Part shown: one piece after another, positions 37,257 through 46,753 of the stretch
How the letters are laid out: each line of letters begins with the position of its first letter
How positions within the stretch are numbered: the first letter of the stretch is position 1
NCBI GenBank assembly: GCA_965224025.1
Contig: OZ245033.1
Coordinates: 288,001-352,000, forward strand
DNA length: 64,000 nucleotides
Direction of reading: 5' to 3'
Source: Candidatus Multivorans sp.
GTDB taxonomy: Bacteria; Acidobacteriota; Thermoanaerobaculia; Multivoradales; Multivoraceae
Made by a program: the position numbers and the translations under genes
Notes under the pieces: model-generated
Database searches by the model: none
What the model saw: the letters and a program-made list of their open reading frames with translations, nothing else
Told to the model about the DNA's origin: nothing

Positions 37257-37871
37257 ATGGCCGAACGGGCTCGCACCTACCACCATGGAGACCTTCGGGC
37301 CTCGCTCGTCGAGGTTGCCGCCGCGATGATCTCGGAGGGCGGCGCCGCGAGCGTGACGATGAGGGCGATAGGCAGCCGCCTCGGCGTATCGCGGGGCGCG
37401 CCCTACCGCCACTTCCCCGACAAGACGGCGCTCCTGGTCGCGGTCGCGGTCGAGGGGTTCAAACGTCTCAACCGCCGTCTGGGGGCCAGCGACACCGGTG
37501 TCTCTGCATCGAGTGTCGAGCGACTCCGACACATGGGCGAGCAGTACGTGCGCTTCGCCCTGGAGCATCCGGCCCACTATCGCCTGATGTACGGCAAGGA
37601 GGCCCTTGAGCGCCAGGATCAACCGGAACTGAGAAAGGCCGCCGGCGCCCTGCTCGAGAACCTGGTCGATGTGATCCGGGTCCACCAGCAGCGCGGCGAG
37701 ATCGAGGGAGGGGATCCGCGGGCGCAGGCCTACGTCGCATGGAGCGCCGTCCACGGTCTGGCTTCCCTGCTGATCGAGAGGCAGATCGACCCGAATGTCG
37801 ACGTGGATGAGCTGATCAGGCAAACCACCGAAACCCTCCTGGACGGCATGCGAGATCACAGCCCGGTCTAG
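37257..37871 (+). CDS. TetR/AcrR regulator with WHG-type C-terminal domain
   Basis: YHHGDLR..GVSRGAPYRHFPDK..YVRFALEHPAHYRLMY..WSAVHGLASL. Confidence 0.93.
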   Translation: MAERARTYHHGDLRASLVEVAAAMISEGGAASVTMRAIGSRLGVSRGAPYRHFPDKTALLVAVAVEGFKRLNRRLGASDTGVSASSVERLRHMGEQYVRFALEHPAHYRLMYGKEALERQDQPELRKAAGALLENLVDVIRVHQQRGEIEGGDPRAQAYVAWSAVHGLASLLIERQIDPNVDVDELIRQTTETLLDGMRDHSPV

Positions 37872-37907
37872 CGCGGCAGAACTACCGGAGACCGGCGCTT
37901 GGCGCCG

Positions 37908-37937
37908 GATGCGGGCCAGAAGGCCCGCGCACCCAGT
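37908..37937 (+). repeat. REP variant gatgcgggccagaaggcccgcgcacccagt
   Basis: Same family as the IS110 target, with a compensatory stem change; lies between convergent genes inside the IR gcgcggcaga/tctgccgcgc. Confidence 0.75.
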
Positions 37938-37964
37938 CTCTGCCGCGCAGTCTCCTAGCGCCGC

Positions 37965-39605
37965 TCACCGGGCGATCGGCATCGTCACCCGATGGGGCTC
38001 CGTCGTGGACACATGATGCATGAGGATGTCCTGCTTGCCGTCTCTGTTGAGGTCCACCAGCCAGGTGTACTCCTCGTCGTTGGGGATGGCGACCGACACT
38101 CTTTGAGGCTGCCGGGCGAACAGGTCCGGTCCCGAGACACCGGCGAAGACGAGCAGTTGCCTGTGGGTCTCCTCGATCAGCAGGTCCGGGCGACCGTCGC
38201 CCGTCACGTCCCCGATCAGCAAGGTCGTGTTGAACGCGCGCAGGTGACGCTTCTGTGTCTTCCGCTCCTCGTGCGTGGCCCCTCGAAGCACGATGTCCAG
38301 CGGCACCCACCCGAACTCCCTGACGCTGGGGTGGCCATCCAATTGCATTCTGCGGATGGCGTCGGGTTTGTCGGAATGGACGCCTGCTGTCATGGCATGG
38401 AACTCGAGATCCAACCAGACGTCATCGCCCATGAAGCCCTTGAGTCTCTTCCAGAGACTGCTCTCGAGGTAAGCGACCTCGATCGTCGTGAACATCAAGT
38501 CGAGGTCGCCGTCGCCATCGAAGTCGTGCCGGTTCATTCCGAGTTGAATCCTGCCGTCCGACCGGAAGGCGAAGTCGACGCTCCTCGTGAACAGGGTTCC
38601 GCCATCGGGTGCTGGCGCGCCGAGATGCACCTCGTAGGTTGAACGCTTGCGCGAGATGCTCTGGCCTTCCAGCGAGAAGACCACGAGATCACCGACACCG
38701 TCGCCGTTCATATCGGCCAGCGAGTGAAGCACCCTCCCCGTCATGCCTCCCGTGGCGAGCGAGGAAAGCTCGTCGGAGTCGAACGTGACATCGGTCGTGA
38801 AGGTCTCGGCCACCGGGGCAAACAGACCATCCTCGTCCTGGAGATGAACCGCGAAGTGGTTCTCGTTCCAGAACACCAGGTCCTCGCGTCCGTCCTGGTC
38901 GTAGTCCATCTCGTGGACACGGCTTTCACCCCAGGGGTTGTACCGGTATCCGTCGGCTCCGTAGATCCTGCTCAAGTCCGGGGACCGGCCGATCTTCACC
39001 GGATCCGCGAACTCGCCGGCGCTCGTCTGGATGAACACCCGGAAGCCATCGACGCCCGGCACGACCAGGTCGTCGCGGCCGTCGCCGTTCACGTCCCGAC
39101 TGATGTCTACATGGGGGATCTCGCCTCCGCGAGGCGGCTTGAAGTTGGCAGTGACCGCGACCAGGGCGTGCTCCGTCTCCGACTCGGGATCGAACCAGTT
39201 CAGGTGACCGGGCTCGTAGGTGACCAGCCGGTCACGTCCTCCGACGTTGGCCACATCGACGAACTGCACGTCGGGACCGAGTGTTGCGTCCGCTCCCGGC
39301 GCCCAGGTGCTGTCTCCCAGCTCGTAGATTCGCAGGCGGCGTTCGTCGCTGTCGTCGACGTCCACCACCGCGAGCTCCGCGCTTGCGCCTCCAAGAAGGA
39401 ATCCCGTCAGGACGGTCTGCCGTTTCGCGGAGCCGGTGACGACTTCGTACTGCGTGAACGTGAATTCCGCGGGCGGCTCGGCAGTGGACTGCGCGGCGGC
39501 AGGCCCGATCCATCCCGACAGGAACACACCAAGAAACAGTAGGGGCGACATGCTTCCTCGATACCGCATCGTGCGGTCGGTTGCCGGAGTGATCACTGTG
39601 TTCAT
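37965..39605 (-). CDS. FG-GAP/VCBS-repeat secreted protein, paralog 2
   Basis: Collinear similarity with paralogs 1 and 3 (IYGADGYRY.PW, DLNRDGKQDILMHH..TEPHRVT). Confidence 0.85.
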   Translation of the reverse strand: MNTVITPATDRTMRYRGSMSPLLFLGVFLSGWIGPAAAQSTAEPPAEFTFTQYEVVTGSAKRQTVLTGFLLGGASAELAVVDVDDSDERRLRIYELGDSTWAPGADATLGPDVQFVDVANVGGRDRLVTYEPGHLNWFDPESETEHALVAVTANFKPPRGGEIPHVDISRDVNGDGRDDLVVPGVDGFRVFIQTSAGEFADPVKIGRSPDLSRIYGADGYRYNPWGESRVHEMDYDQDGREDLVFWNENHFAVHLQDEDGLFAPVAETFTTDVTFDSDELSSLATGGMTGRVLHSLADMNGDGVGDLVVFSLEGQSISRKRSTYEVHLGAPAPDGGTLFTRSVDFAFRSDGRIQLGMNRHDFDGDGDLDLMFTTIEVAYLESSLWKRLKGFMGDDVWLDLEFHAMTAGVHSDKPDAIRRMQLDGHPSVREFGWVPLDIVLRGATHEERKTQKRHLRAFNTTLLIGDVTGDGRPDLLIEETHRQLLVFAGVSGPDLFARQPQRVSVAIPNDEEYTWLVDLNRDGKQDILMHHVSTTEPHRVTMPIAR

Positions 39606-41203
39606 CGGGCGACCAGCATCGTCACCCGATGCGGCTCGGTAGTGGACGCGTGGTGCATGAGGATGTCCTGCTTGCCGTCCCTGTTGAGGTCCACCAGCCA
39701 GGTGTACTCCTCGTCGGGCATCGCGACCGGGACCTCCTCAGGCTTCCTGGCGAACAGCTCGGGCCCCGGCACGCCAGGAAAGACGTGCAGCCCCTTCCGA
39801 CCCTTCTGCACGAGCAGGTCCAGGCGGCTGTCGCCGTTCACGTCCCCGATCAGAACCGACGGATGGAAGATGCCCTTCTCCCCTGAAACGCCGGGGGCGC
39901 GGCCCTTGATTCTGCGGGTGGCGCTCGGTTTGTCGGAGTAGATGCCGCCTTCCATGCGGTAGAAGTCGAGACGCATCGGCACGGAACGAGTCAGCAACCC
40001 CTGTCCAATCATGCGGATCGTCTTGAAGACGCCGAACTTCATGGTGGTGTACACCACGTCAACCTGACCGTCGTGGTCGAAGTCGTACCGCCCGATCCCG
40101 TACGGGAGGCCGTCCGACAGAATCGCGGCGCCGGCATCAGGCGCGAACACGGTGCCGCCCTCGGGTGTGGGCTCGCCCGGGTGGACCTCGTACGTGGAGT
40201 GGACGTTCCACATGCTCTTGATCTCCAAGGAGAAGACCACGAGGTCGGCGACGCCGTCGCCGTTCAGGTCGGTCAGCGAATACAGCACCCTCCCCGTCGG
40301 GGCTCCGGTCAGGCCGTCGTCAATACGCCGGTGGCGGACCTCCCGCGGAGCGGCGAGCGAGGCCGGATCGTCCGAGTCGAACGCGACCTCGGTCGTGAAG
40401 GTCGTGCTGGCCTCGGCGGCGAACAGACCCCGCTCGTCCTGGAGATGCACCGCGAAGTGGTCCTGGTTCCAGAACACCAGGTCGCTCCGTCCGTCCAGGT
40501 CGTAGTCCATCTCGTGGACGCGGCCGCCCTCGACCCAGGGCCGGTACCGGTAGCCGTCGACGCCGTAGACTCGGTCCCGCCCGGTCGAGGGGCCGATGGT
40601 CACCGGATCGGCGAACGCGCCGGCACTCAACTGGACCAGCACCTGGAAGCCGTGGCCGTGCGGCACGACCAGGTCGTCGCGGCCGTCTCCGTTCAGGTCG
40701 CGCGTGATGTCCACGTGGAGAACTGCGCCCCGCGGAGGCGGACTGAAGTCGGAGGTCACCGCCGCGAGTTCCCGTTCCGTTCCGGTGTCGGGATCAAACC
40801 AGGTCAGGCGGCCGTCGCCGTAGGCGATCAACCGGTCCCGGCCGTCGATGTCGGCCACGTCGACGAAGGAGATCACGGGACGCAATGTGGTGTCGACTTC
40901 CGGCGCCCAGTCGCCGTCCGTGAACGTGAAGATGCGCAGCCGGCGGTCATCGTTTCCGTCCACATGGACCACGGCGAGGTCCGCGACCGAGCCGCCGGAC
41001 AAGAACCCGGTCAGCACCGTCTGGCGTTCCGCGGCGCCGATAGCGACTTCGTAGCGCTCGAACCCGTACGCCGCGGCCGGCTCGGAACCCGAGTGCATGG
41101 CGGCCGGCATCATGCACCCCGACAGACACACTCGAACAACGAGCATGGCAATCCGGCTCGATGGATGGCCCCTCCGGCGGCGGGTCGTCTGTGGCTTGGT
41201 CAC
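39602..41203 (-). CDS. FG-GAP/VCBS-repeat secreted protein, paralog 3
   Basis: Same repeats; GTG start after AAGGAGAGG; ATGA overlap with paralog 2. Confidence 0.85.
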   Translation of the reverse strand: MTKPQTTRRRRGHPSSRIAMLVVRVCLSGCMMPAAMHSGSEPAAAYGFERYEVAIGAAERQTVLTGFLSGGSVADLAVVHVDGNDDRRLRIFTFTDGDWAPEVDTTLRPVISFVDVADIDGRDRLIAYGDGRLTWFDPDTGTERELAAVTSDFSPPPRGAVLHVDITRDLNGDGRDDLVVPHGHGFQVLVQLSAGAFADPVTIGPSTGRDRVYGVDGYRYRPWVEGGRVHEMDYDLDGRSDLVFWNQDHFAVHLQDERGLFAAEASTTFTTEVAFDSDDPASLAAPREVRHRRIDDGLTGAPTGRVLYSLTDLNGDGVADLVVFSLEIKSMWNVHSTYEVHPGEPTPEGGTVFAPDAGAAILSDGLPYGIGRYDFDHDGQVDVVYTTMKFGVFKTIRMIGQGLLTRSVPMRLDFYRMEGGIYSDKPSATRRIKGRAPGVSGEKGIFHPSVLIGDVNGDSRLDLLVQKGRKGLHVFPGVPGPELFARKPEEVPVAMPDEEYTWLVDLNRDGKQDILMHHASTTEPHRVTMLVAR

Positions 41204-41227
41204 GGTGCCTCTCCTTGCTCCAAGTGT

Positions 41228-41271
41228 TGTTGACGGCGTCAACATACACAGCTTTGTTGACATTGTCAACA
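41228..41271 (-). promoter_or_regulatory. Twin TGTTGAC-N3-GTCAACA operators over promoter TTGACA-N17-TATGTT
   Basis: Palindromes at 41228-41244 and 41255-41271, same 27-bp period as at 37148. Confidence 0.8.
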
Positions 41272-41317
41272 CCCTCGTGTCCCCCGAAAGGCGAGGCCAC
41301 TGTTCCCTGCGACACCT

Positions 41318-42838
41318 CTAGCCGAGACTGGCTGCTCCGTCTTTCCCCAGCAGAGAGTCCCGCACGGCGCGCTTCTGCAGCTTGCCCGTGGCGTTCTTCG
41401 GAATCTCGTCCAGCACGAAGAGTCGTGCCGGAACCTTGAAGCGCGTGACGTAGCTCGCCAGGTGCCGCAGGAGATCCTGCTCGCTCGCCTGGACGTCGCC
41501 GCTGAGCGACACCGCCGCCCAGATGTTCTCGCCGAACCGAGAGTCCGGCACGCCGAAGACCACGGCTTCGGCAACGGCTTCGTGCTTGTAGAGCGCTTCC
41601 TCGATCTCGCGCGGCGAGATGTTCTCGCCGCCCTTGATGATCAGGTCCTTCTTGCGATCGGTCAGGTAGAGGTAGCCGTCCTCGTCGAGATAGCCGATGT
41701 CGCCCGAATGGAGCCAGCCGTCGACCAGCGTCTCTTCAGTGGCCCCCGGATTGCGCCAGTAGCCCGCCATCAGAGTCGGTCCGGAGAGCAGGATCTCGCC
41801 GCGCACGCCGGCGGGCACGTCGGCGCCTTCGTCGTCGACCACCCGAATCGACATGGCGGGCTGCGCGCGGCCGACGGAGCCGGGCCGAAAGGCATCTTCG
41901 TCGTAGTAGGCGGCGCCTGCCCCTCCCGACTCGGTCATGCCGTAGCCGTCCCGCACGCGGCACGAGAACACCTGCTCGAACTCGCGCCGCACCGGGTCAG
42001 GAAGGGGGGCGCCGCCGGTCCACACGCCATCGAGGCTCGATGTGTCGTAGCGGTCCCGTTCGGGGAACTCCAGCATGTAGGTCAGCATCGTGGGGACCAT
42101 GGAGAAACGAACCACCCGCAGGTGCTGAACGGCCTCGAAGACGCCGCGAGTATCCCAATGCACAAGAAGGCCCGCCTGCATGCCCTTGATGAATCCCAGG
42201 TTCATCATCAGAACCCCGAACGAATGCGACAGAGGGAGCACGTGCAGGGTCGGCATGAAGGGCGGCAGGTCGACCATCCTCGGGTGCGGAACGGACACGA
42301 CGCTCTCGTGAGTCAGCATCACGCCCTTCGGCTTGCCGGTGGTGCCGGAGGTGTAGAGGAGAAGCGCGAGATCGTCGCCTGACCGGTCCGTCATCTCCAC
42401 CAGGGGCTCGGCGCCGGCTACCTCCAGAGACAGGTCGATCGCCTCGTTCCCAGCCGGACCGCCGGCGGCGAAGAGCAACTGCAGCTCGGGGCAGGCCCGG
42501 CGGATCAACGGCACGAGTTCGCCGACGGTGATCACTGCACGGGCCCCGGAGTCCCGCAGCATGTGCTCAATCTCCGGGACCGTGAGTTGAGGCCTGAGCG
42601 GGAGGATGACGGCGCCGATCTTCCACACCGCCTGGAATGCCTCGAAGACTTCCGGGCCGTTGGGCATCACCACGGCAACGCGATCACCGGCCAGGACACC
42701 GCGATCCCGCAGCACCCTCGCCAGCCTGCGCGCCCGCGCGTCCAGTTCGACGTTCGAGATCGTCTCGCCCCGCCAATGGAGGATCGGGTATTCGCCGAAC
42801 TGCTCGATGTTGGCGAGGGCCAGATTGGCTGCATTCAA
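41318..42838 (-). CDS. Long-chain acyl-CoA ligase (AMP-binding)
   Basis: YTSGTTGKPKG, GYGMTE, GWLHSGD, DRKKDLIIKGGENI, PKNATGK; TTG start after GGAGG. Confidence 0.9.
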   Translation of the reverse strand: MNAANLALANIEQFGEYPILHWRGETISNVELDARARRLARVLRDRGVLAGDRVAVVMPNGPEVFEAFQAVWKIGAVILPLRPQLTVPEIEHMLRDSGARAVITVGELVPLIRRACPELQLLFAAGGPAGNEAIDLSLEVAGAEPLVEMTDRSGDDLALLLYTSGTTGKPKGVMLTHESVVSVPHPRMVDLPPFMPTLHVLPLSHSFGVLMMNLGFIKGMQAGLLVHWDTRGVFEAVQHLRVVRFSMVPTMLTYMLEFPERDRYDTSSLDGVWTGGAPLPDPVRREFEQVFSCRVRDGYGMTESGGAGAAYYDEDAFRPGSVGRAQPAMSIRVVDDEGADVPAGVRGEILLSGPTLMAGYWRNPGATEETLVDGWLHSGDIGYLDEDGYLYLTDRKKDLIIKGGENISPREIEEALYKHEAVAEAVVFGVPDSRFGENIWAAVSLSGDVQASEQDLLRHLASYVTRFKVPARLFVLDEIPKNATGKLQKRAVRDSLLGKDGAASLG

Positions 42839-42972
42839 GTCGACGGTCCTCCGTGCTGATCGACTATCGCCCAGCCCATTCTCACCTACGCCGTATCGGA
42901 GCAACGATCCAGCGCCCGAGACAGCGCCGTTTGGCGTCAGCCGCCGAACTGAACCACCCGGGCTCCGCGCCG

Positions 42973-42998
42973 GATGCGGGCAGGATGCCCGCGTGCCA
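42973..42998 (+). repeat. REP-like palindrome gatgcgggcaggatgcccgcg (related family)
   Basis: gcgggca/tgcccgc stem preceded by the same ggatgc flank as the REPs at 37908 and 56810. Confidence 0.45.
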
Positions 42999-43103
42999 TC
43001 CGCGCCCCCGGCGACGGGCGCGCGGAGTGGTTCTCGGGCGGTGCGAATCGCGCCACACCGGGTTCCCAGCCGCTGCGGTAGTGTGCCGCCGGGAGGGCAG
43101 TCC

Positions 43104-45890
43104 ATGGAGAAGCGCCTTCGCTGGTTGGGGTTGACTTCGGCGATCGTGCTGGCGACAGTGCTGGTCTGGCGCCCGGCGCAAGTTCAGGAAACGACACGCC
43201 CGCTGCTCTCTTCCGGCAACGCTCCGGCGCCCGAGCCACGGGTGTTTCCGCCTCTGCGTTCCGAACAGAGCCCGGAAGACAGGCACTTCGATGCTCCGGG
43301 GCGCAATCCCGGATCGGCCGCGCACCCCATGGCGCCGGGGAGGGTGCGCAGCGACGCACCGGCGTGGCACGAACTCAACCACGTCGATCCGCCGTTGCCC
43401 TCCTGGGCCGGTCCGCTGCTCCATCCCCGGCAGACCGATCCCGAACCTCCGGTGGACTCGAGGTTCCACGACCCGATCCGTCTGTCCGACGACTTCCGCA
43501 ACGACGACTACCCGTTCATCCTCTCCGACCCCGACGACCGCGACGATGTTTGGATGGTCTGGACCAGCTACTCGGGCCGTCGGGACCGGCTCCAACTGGC
43601 TCGCCGCGACCCGGCCACAGGCACGTGGGGGCCGTGGAACCCGGTTCCCGGCGTCAACGGAGACGTCTGGCGCCCCAGCCTTGCCTTCGACGCGCACAAG
43701 CGGCTATGGGTCGTATGGGCACAGCCGCAACGGCTGTTCGAGGACGAGCCGAACTTCGACCTCTACGGACGCTGGTTCGACGGCGAACGCTGGGGCCGCC
43801 TGGTGCGGCTGACATCGGCGCCCGGAACCGACTTCAACCATCGCCTGCTCGGCGCGTCGGACGGCTCGCTGCACCTGGTCTGGCAGGGGTTTCGCCAGGG
43901 ACAGACCGACATCCTCTACATGAGCTACGACGGCGACTCGTGGTCGAGCGAACGCCGGATATCCGAGAGCCCGCGCAATGACTGGACTCCGGCCCTGGCG
44001 CTCGACTCGGAGGGCGCCGTGTGGATCGCCTGGGACAGCTACGACCGCGGCGACTACGACGTCTTCGCCCGCCGTCTGCGTCGAGGCCGCCTCGGACCGG
44101 TACGAACGATCGCGGCGACGCCCTTCTTCGAGGCGAGGCCGACCGTCGCAGTCGATGGCGCTGATCGTGTCTGGATCGCCTACGAGGTCGGCGAGGCCGG
44201 TTGGGGCAAGGACCAGGGCCTCCTGGTCGACCGCGAGCGCCAGCCGGGCTCGATGCTCAACCGGGAGCGCACGGTCGCGGTCCGCATCCTCGACGGCGGA
44301 GAAATCACCGCCGCCGCCGCGGAACTCGGCACGCTCTTCCCGGGGCGCAAGCGACTGCACTACACGAAGACGCCCAATCCCTCCCTCAGCAACCCGGAGC
44401 TGGCCGTCGACGACCGGGGGCGGGTCAGCCTTCTGGTGCGGGCGATGGAGAGTTCCGGCGCCTACGCCCAATACTGGCGGCTCTACGTCACGACGATGGA
44501 AGAAGGCGGCTGGAGCGCCCCCGCCGCGGTGCCTTGGAGCGTCGGCCGCCTCTCGATGTCGGCCTCGGCGACGCCCTCGGCCGACGGCGGCTTGTGGCTC
44601 GGCTGGGCGCGCGACAACTATCCCACCTTCTCGGCCATGCTGACGCTCCCCGAGGAAACCGTGGTCGAGAACGTCTACGCGGCGAGATGGGAGCCAACGA
44701 GCGGGCCCGGCCTGAAGGCGGTATCGCCGCGGCCGCCGCCCTTCCCCGAGCGGCCCGCGGGCCACGAACGGGAGGACGAGGACGTCGCGCGCATCCGCGC
44801 CTGGAGAACCCGGGTCGACGGCGAGGATTTGCAGATCCTGCGCGGCGACACCCATCGCCACACTGAGCTGTCACCGGATCTCCGCGGCGTTCCGGACGGG
44901 TCCGTCATGGACTTCTACCGCTACATGATCGACGCGGCGGCGATGGACTTCGGGCTCATCAGCGACCACCAGTACGGCGGCGAACTCGAGTACTGGTGGT
45001 GGCTGGAAGAGAAACTGGCCGATCTCTTCCACGCGCCGCAGAGCTACGTCGCGCTGTTCGGCTATGAACGTTCGATCAACTTCCCGATGGGGCACCGCAA
45101 CGTCCTCCACGCCGACCGCGGCCACATGCCGGTGCCTTTCTTCCAGAAGACGGGCTACGTCGAGTACCCGAACATCCGCTACCACAACGGCGCCGGCATC
45201 GTTCAGGACGACGACACGAAGATGCTCTACGAGGAGGTGCGACGTTCGGGGGGCATCACCATCCCCCACACCAGCGCCACCACCATGGGCACCGATTGGC
45301 GCGACAACGATCCCGAGATCGAGCCAGTCGTCGAGATCTTTCAGGGCGACCGGTACAGCTACGAGGCTCCCGGCGCCCCGCTGACCGACAGCGGCGCCTC
45401 GATCCAGTCGGAACTCACGCGCCCGCACGACCAGGGCTTCGTGTCCAACGCCTGGGAGAAGGGCTACCGGCTCGGCGTCATCGCCAGCTCCGACCACCTG
45501 TCGACCCACATCTCCTACGCGATGGTGTTCGTGAACGAGCGGTCGCGCCACGCCGTCCTCGACGCGATGCGCCAGCGACGAACCTACGGCGCCACCGACA
45601 ACATCGTGCTCGAGTTCTGGATGGGCGAGCACTTCATGGGGGCCGAGTTGAGGGGAGTGGACGAAGTGCCCGAAATGAGGATCGTCGCGGTGGGCACGAG
45701 ACCCTTCTCGATCGTCGAGATTCTCCGGAACGGAACAACGCTCTACCAGAACGACCCGGACGGCGCCGAGATCGATCTCCGCTACGCAGACCTCGCACCC
45801 GAGCCGGGACGAAACACCTACTATGCTCGGCTCATTCAGGAAGACGGTCAGATGGCCTGGAGTTCGCCGATCTGGGTTGAGATCGACTAG
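43104..45890 (+). CDS. Beta-propeller plus PHP-type metallohydrolase, paralog of 14139-16973
   Basis: RGDTHRHTE, ISDH, GHRN, IPHTSATTMGTDWRDNDPEIEPVVEIFQG, SSDHLSTHISY, AWSSPIW. Confidence 0.85.
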   Translation: MEKRLRWLGLTSAIVLATVLVWRPAQVQETTRPLLSSGNAPAPEPRVFPPLRSEQSPEDRHFDAPGRNPGSAAHPMAPGRVRSDAPAWHELNHVDPPLPSWAGPLLHPRQTDPEPPVDSRFHDPIRLSDDFRNDDYPFILSDPDDRDDVWMVWTSYSGRRDRLQLARRDPATGTWGPWNPVPGVNGDVWRPSLAFDAHKRLWVVWAQPQRLFEDEPNFDLYGRWFDGERWGRLVRLTSAPGTDFNHRLLGASDGSLHLVWQGFRQGQTDILYMSYDGDSWSSERRISESPRNDWTPALALDSEGAVWIAWDSYDRGDYDVFARRLRRGRLGPVRTIAATPFFEARPTVAVDGADRVWIAYEVGEAGWGKDQGLLVDRERQPGSMLNRERTVAVRILDGGEITAAAAELGTLFPGRKRLHYTKTPNPSLSNPELAVDDRGRVSLLVRAMESSGAYAQYWRLYVTTMEEGGWSAPAAVPWSVGRLSMSASATPSADGGLWLGWARDNYPTFSAMLTLPEETVVENVYAARWEPTSGPGLKAVSPRPPPFPERPAGHEREDEDVARIRAWRTRVDGEDLQILRGDTHRHTELSPDLRGVPDGSVMDFYRYMIDAAAMDFGLISDHQYGGELEYWWWLEEKLADLFHAPQSYVALFGYERSINFPMGHRNVLHADRGHMPVPFFQKTGYVEYPNIRYHNGAGIVQDDDTKMLYEEVRRSGGITIPHTSATTMGTDWRDNDPEIEPVVEIFQGDRYSYEAPGAPLTDSGASIQSELTRPHDQGFVSNAWEKGYRLGVIASSDHLSTHISYAMVFVNERSRHAVLDAMRQRRTYGATDNIVLEFWMGEHFMGAELRGVDEVPEMRIVAVGTRPFSIVEILRNGTTLYQNDPDGAEIDLRYADLAPEPGRNTYYARLIQEDGQMAWSSPIWVEID

Positions 45891-45940
45891 CGAGCCGTCG
45901 GCCAATCACGGAGTCCGCGGGGCGGCAGGAAGGAGCGGCC

Positions 45941-46750
45941 ATGGATCTCAAGGACATGACCTGGCAGCGCGACGGTGGCGTGGTCACTCTGACCATGAAC
46001 CGCCCGGAGAAGCTCAACGCCCAGTCGATGGACATGATGGATTCGTTGATCGCGGCCTTCGAGGAGATCGAGCGCGACGACGACATCAAGTGCGCGATCT
46101 GGACCGGCGCCGGCCGGGGTTGGTCGTCGGGGCGCGACTTCTCGGACCCGAAGCTCGCCGGAGTGGCGCCCTACGGCCCCGAGTTCCCCCGCGGTACCCG
46201 TCTGCTGCCGCTGTCTCTCGGCGGGCGCCTGCAGTACGCCCTCTGGCGCTGTCGCAAGCCGATCATCGCCGCGGTCAACGGGCACATGCTGGGCGGCGCC
46301 TTCTCGGCCGGGCTCATGACGGACTTCCGGATCGCTTCGGACCGCGCAAAGTTCGGCGCCCTCTTCGTCAAGCGCGGCCGGGTGCCCGACAACGGCGGCG
46401 TCTACATGCTGGTCAAGATCATGGGGTTGGGACCGGCGCTCGAGTTCATGTACTCCGGCGAGATCATCGACGCGCACCGGGCTGTCGAACTCGGTCTGGC
46501 GAACCGGGTCGTTCCCCATGACGAGCTGATGCCGACCTGCATGGAGATTGCCCGGAGCATCGCGAGCGGACCGTCGCTCGCGATCGAGTTCATGAAGAAG
46601 ATGGCCTACCGCACCTTCGAGGGCGACAGCATGGAGAGCCTGACCGCCTACGAGGCGTTCGCCCAGAGCGTCTGCGAGGCGAGCGAAGACGGCGAGGAGG
46701 GCGTGCGCTCCTTCGCCGAGAGGCGGGAACCGGTGTTCACGGGGCGTTGA
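45941..46750 (+). CDS. Enoyl-CoA hydratase/isomerase family protein
   Basis: MNRPEKLNA, TGAGRGWSSGRD, KPIIAAVNG, EGVRSFAERREPVFTGR. Confidence 0.92.
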   Translation: MDLKDMTWQRDGGVVTLTMNRPEKLNAQSMDMMDSLIAAFEEIERDDDIKCAIWTGAGRGWSSGRDFSDPKLAGVAPYGPEFPRGTRLLPLSLGGRLQYALWRCRKPIIAAVNGHMLGGAFSAGLMTDFRIASDRAKFGALFVKRGRVPDNGGVYMLVKIMGLGPALEFMYSGEIIDAHRAVELGLANRVVPHDELMPTCMEIARSIASGPSLAIEFMKKMAYRTFEGDSMESLTAYEAFAQSVCEASEDGEEGVRSFAERREPVFTGR

Positions 46751-46753
46751 CCC

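Noticed and set aside
37948-37963. cagtctcctagcgcc, recurring at 58533
   Set aside because: Only two copies, in inconsistent contexts (convergent versus divergent intergenic regions); no function can be supported
42606-43103. Overlapping extensions of ORFs 42606-45890 and 41318-43105
   Set aside because: RBS-supported starts at 43104 (+) and 42838 (-) leave a normal divergent intergenic region
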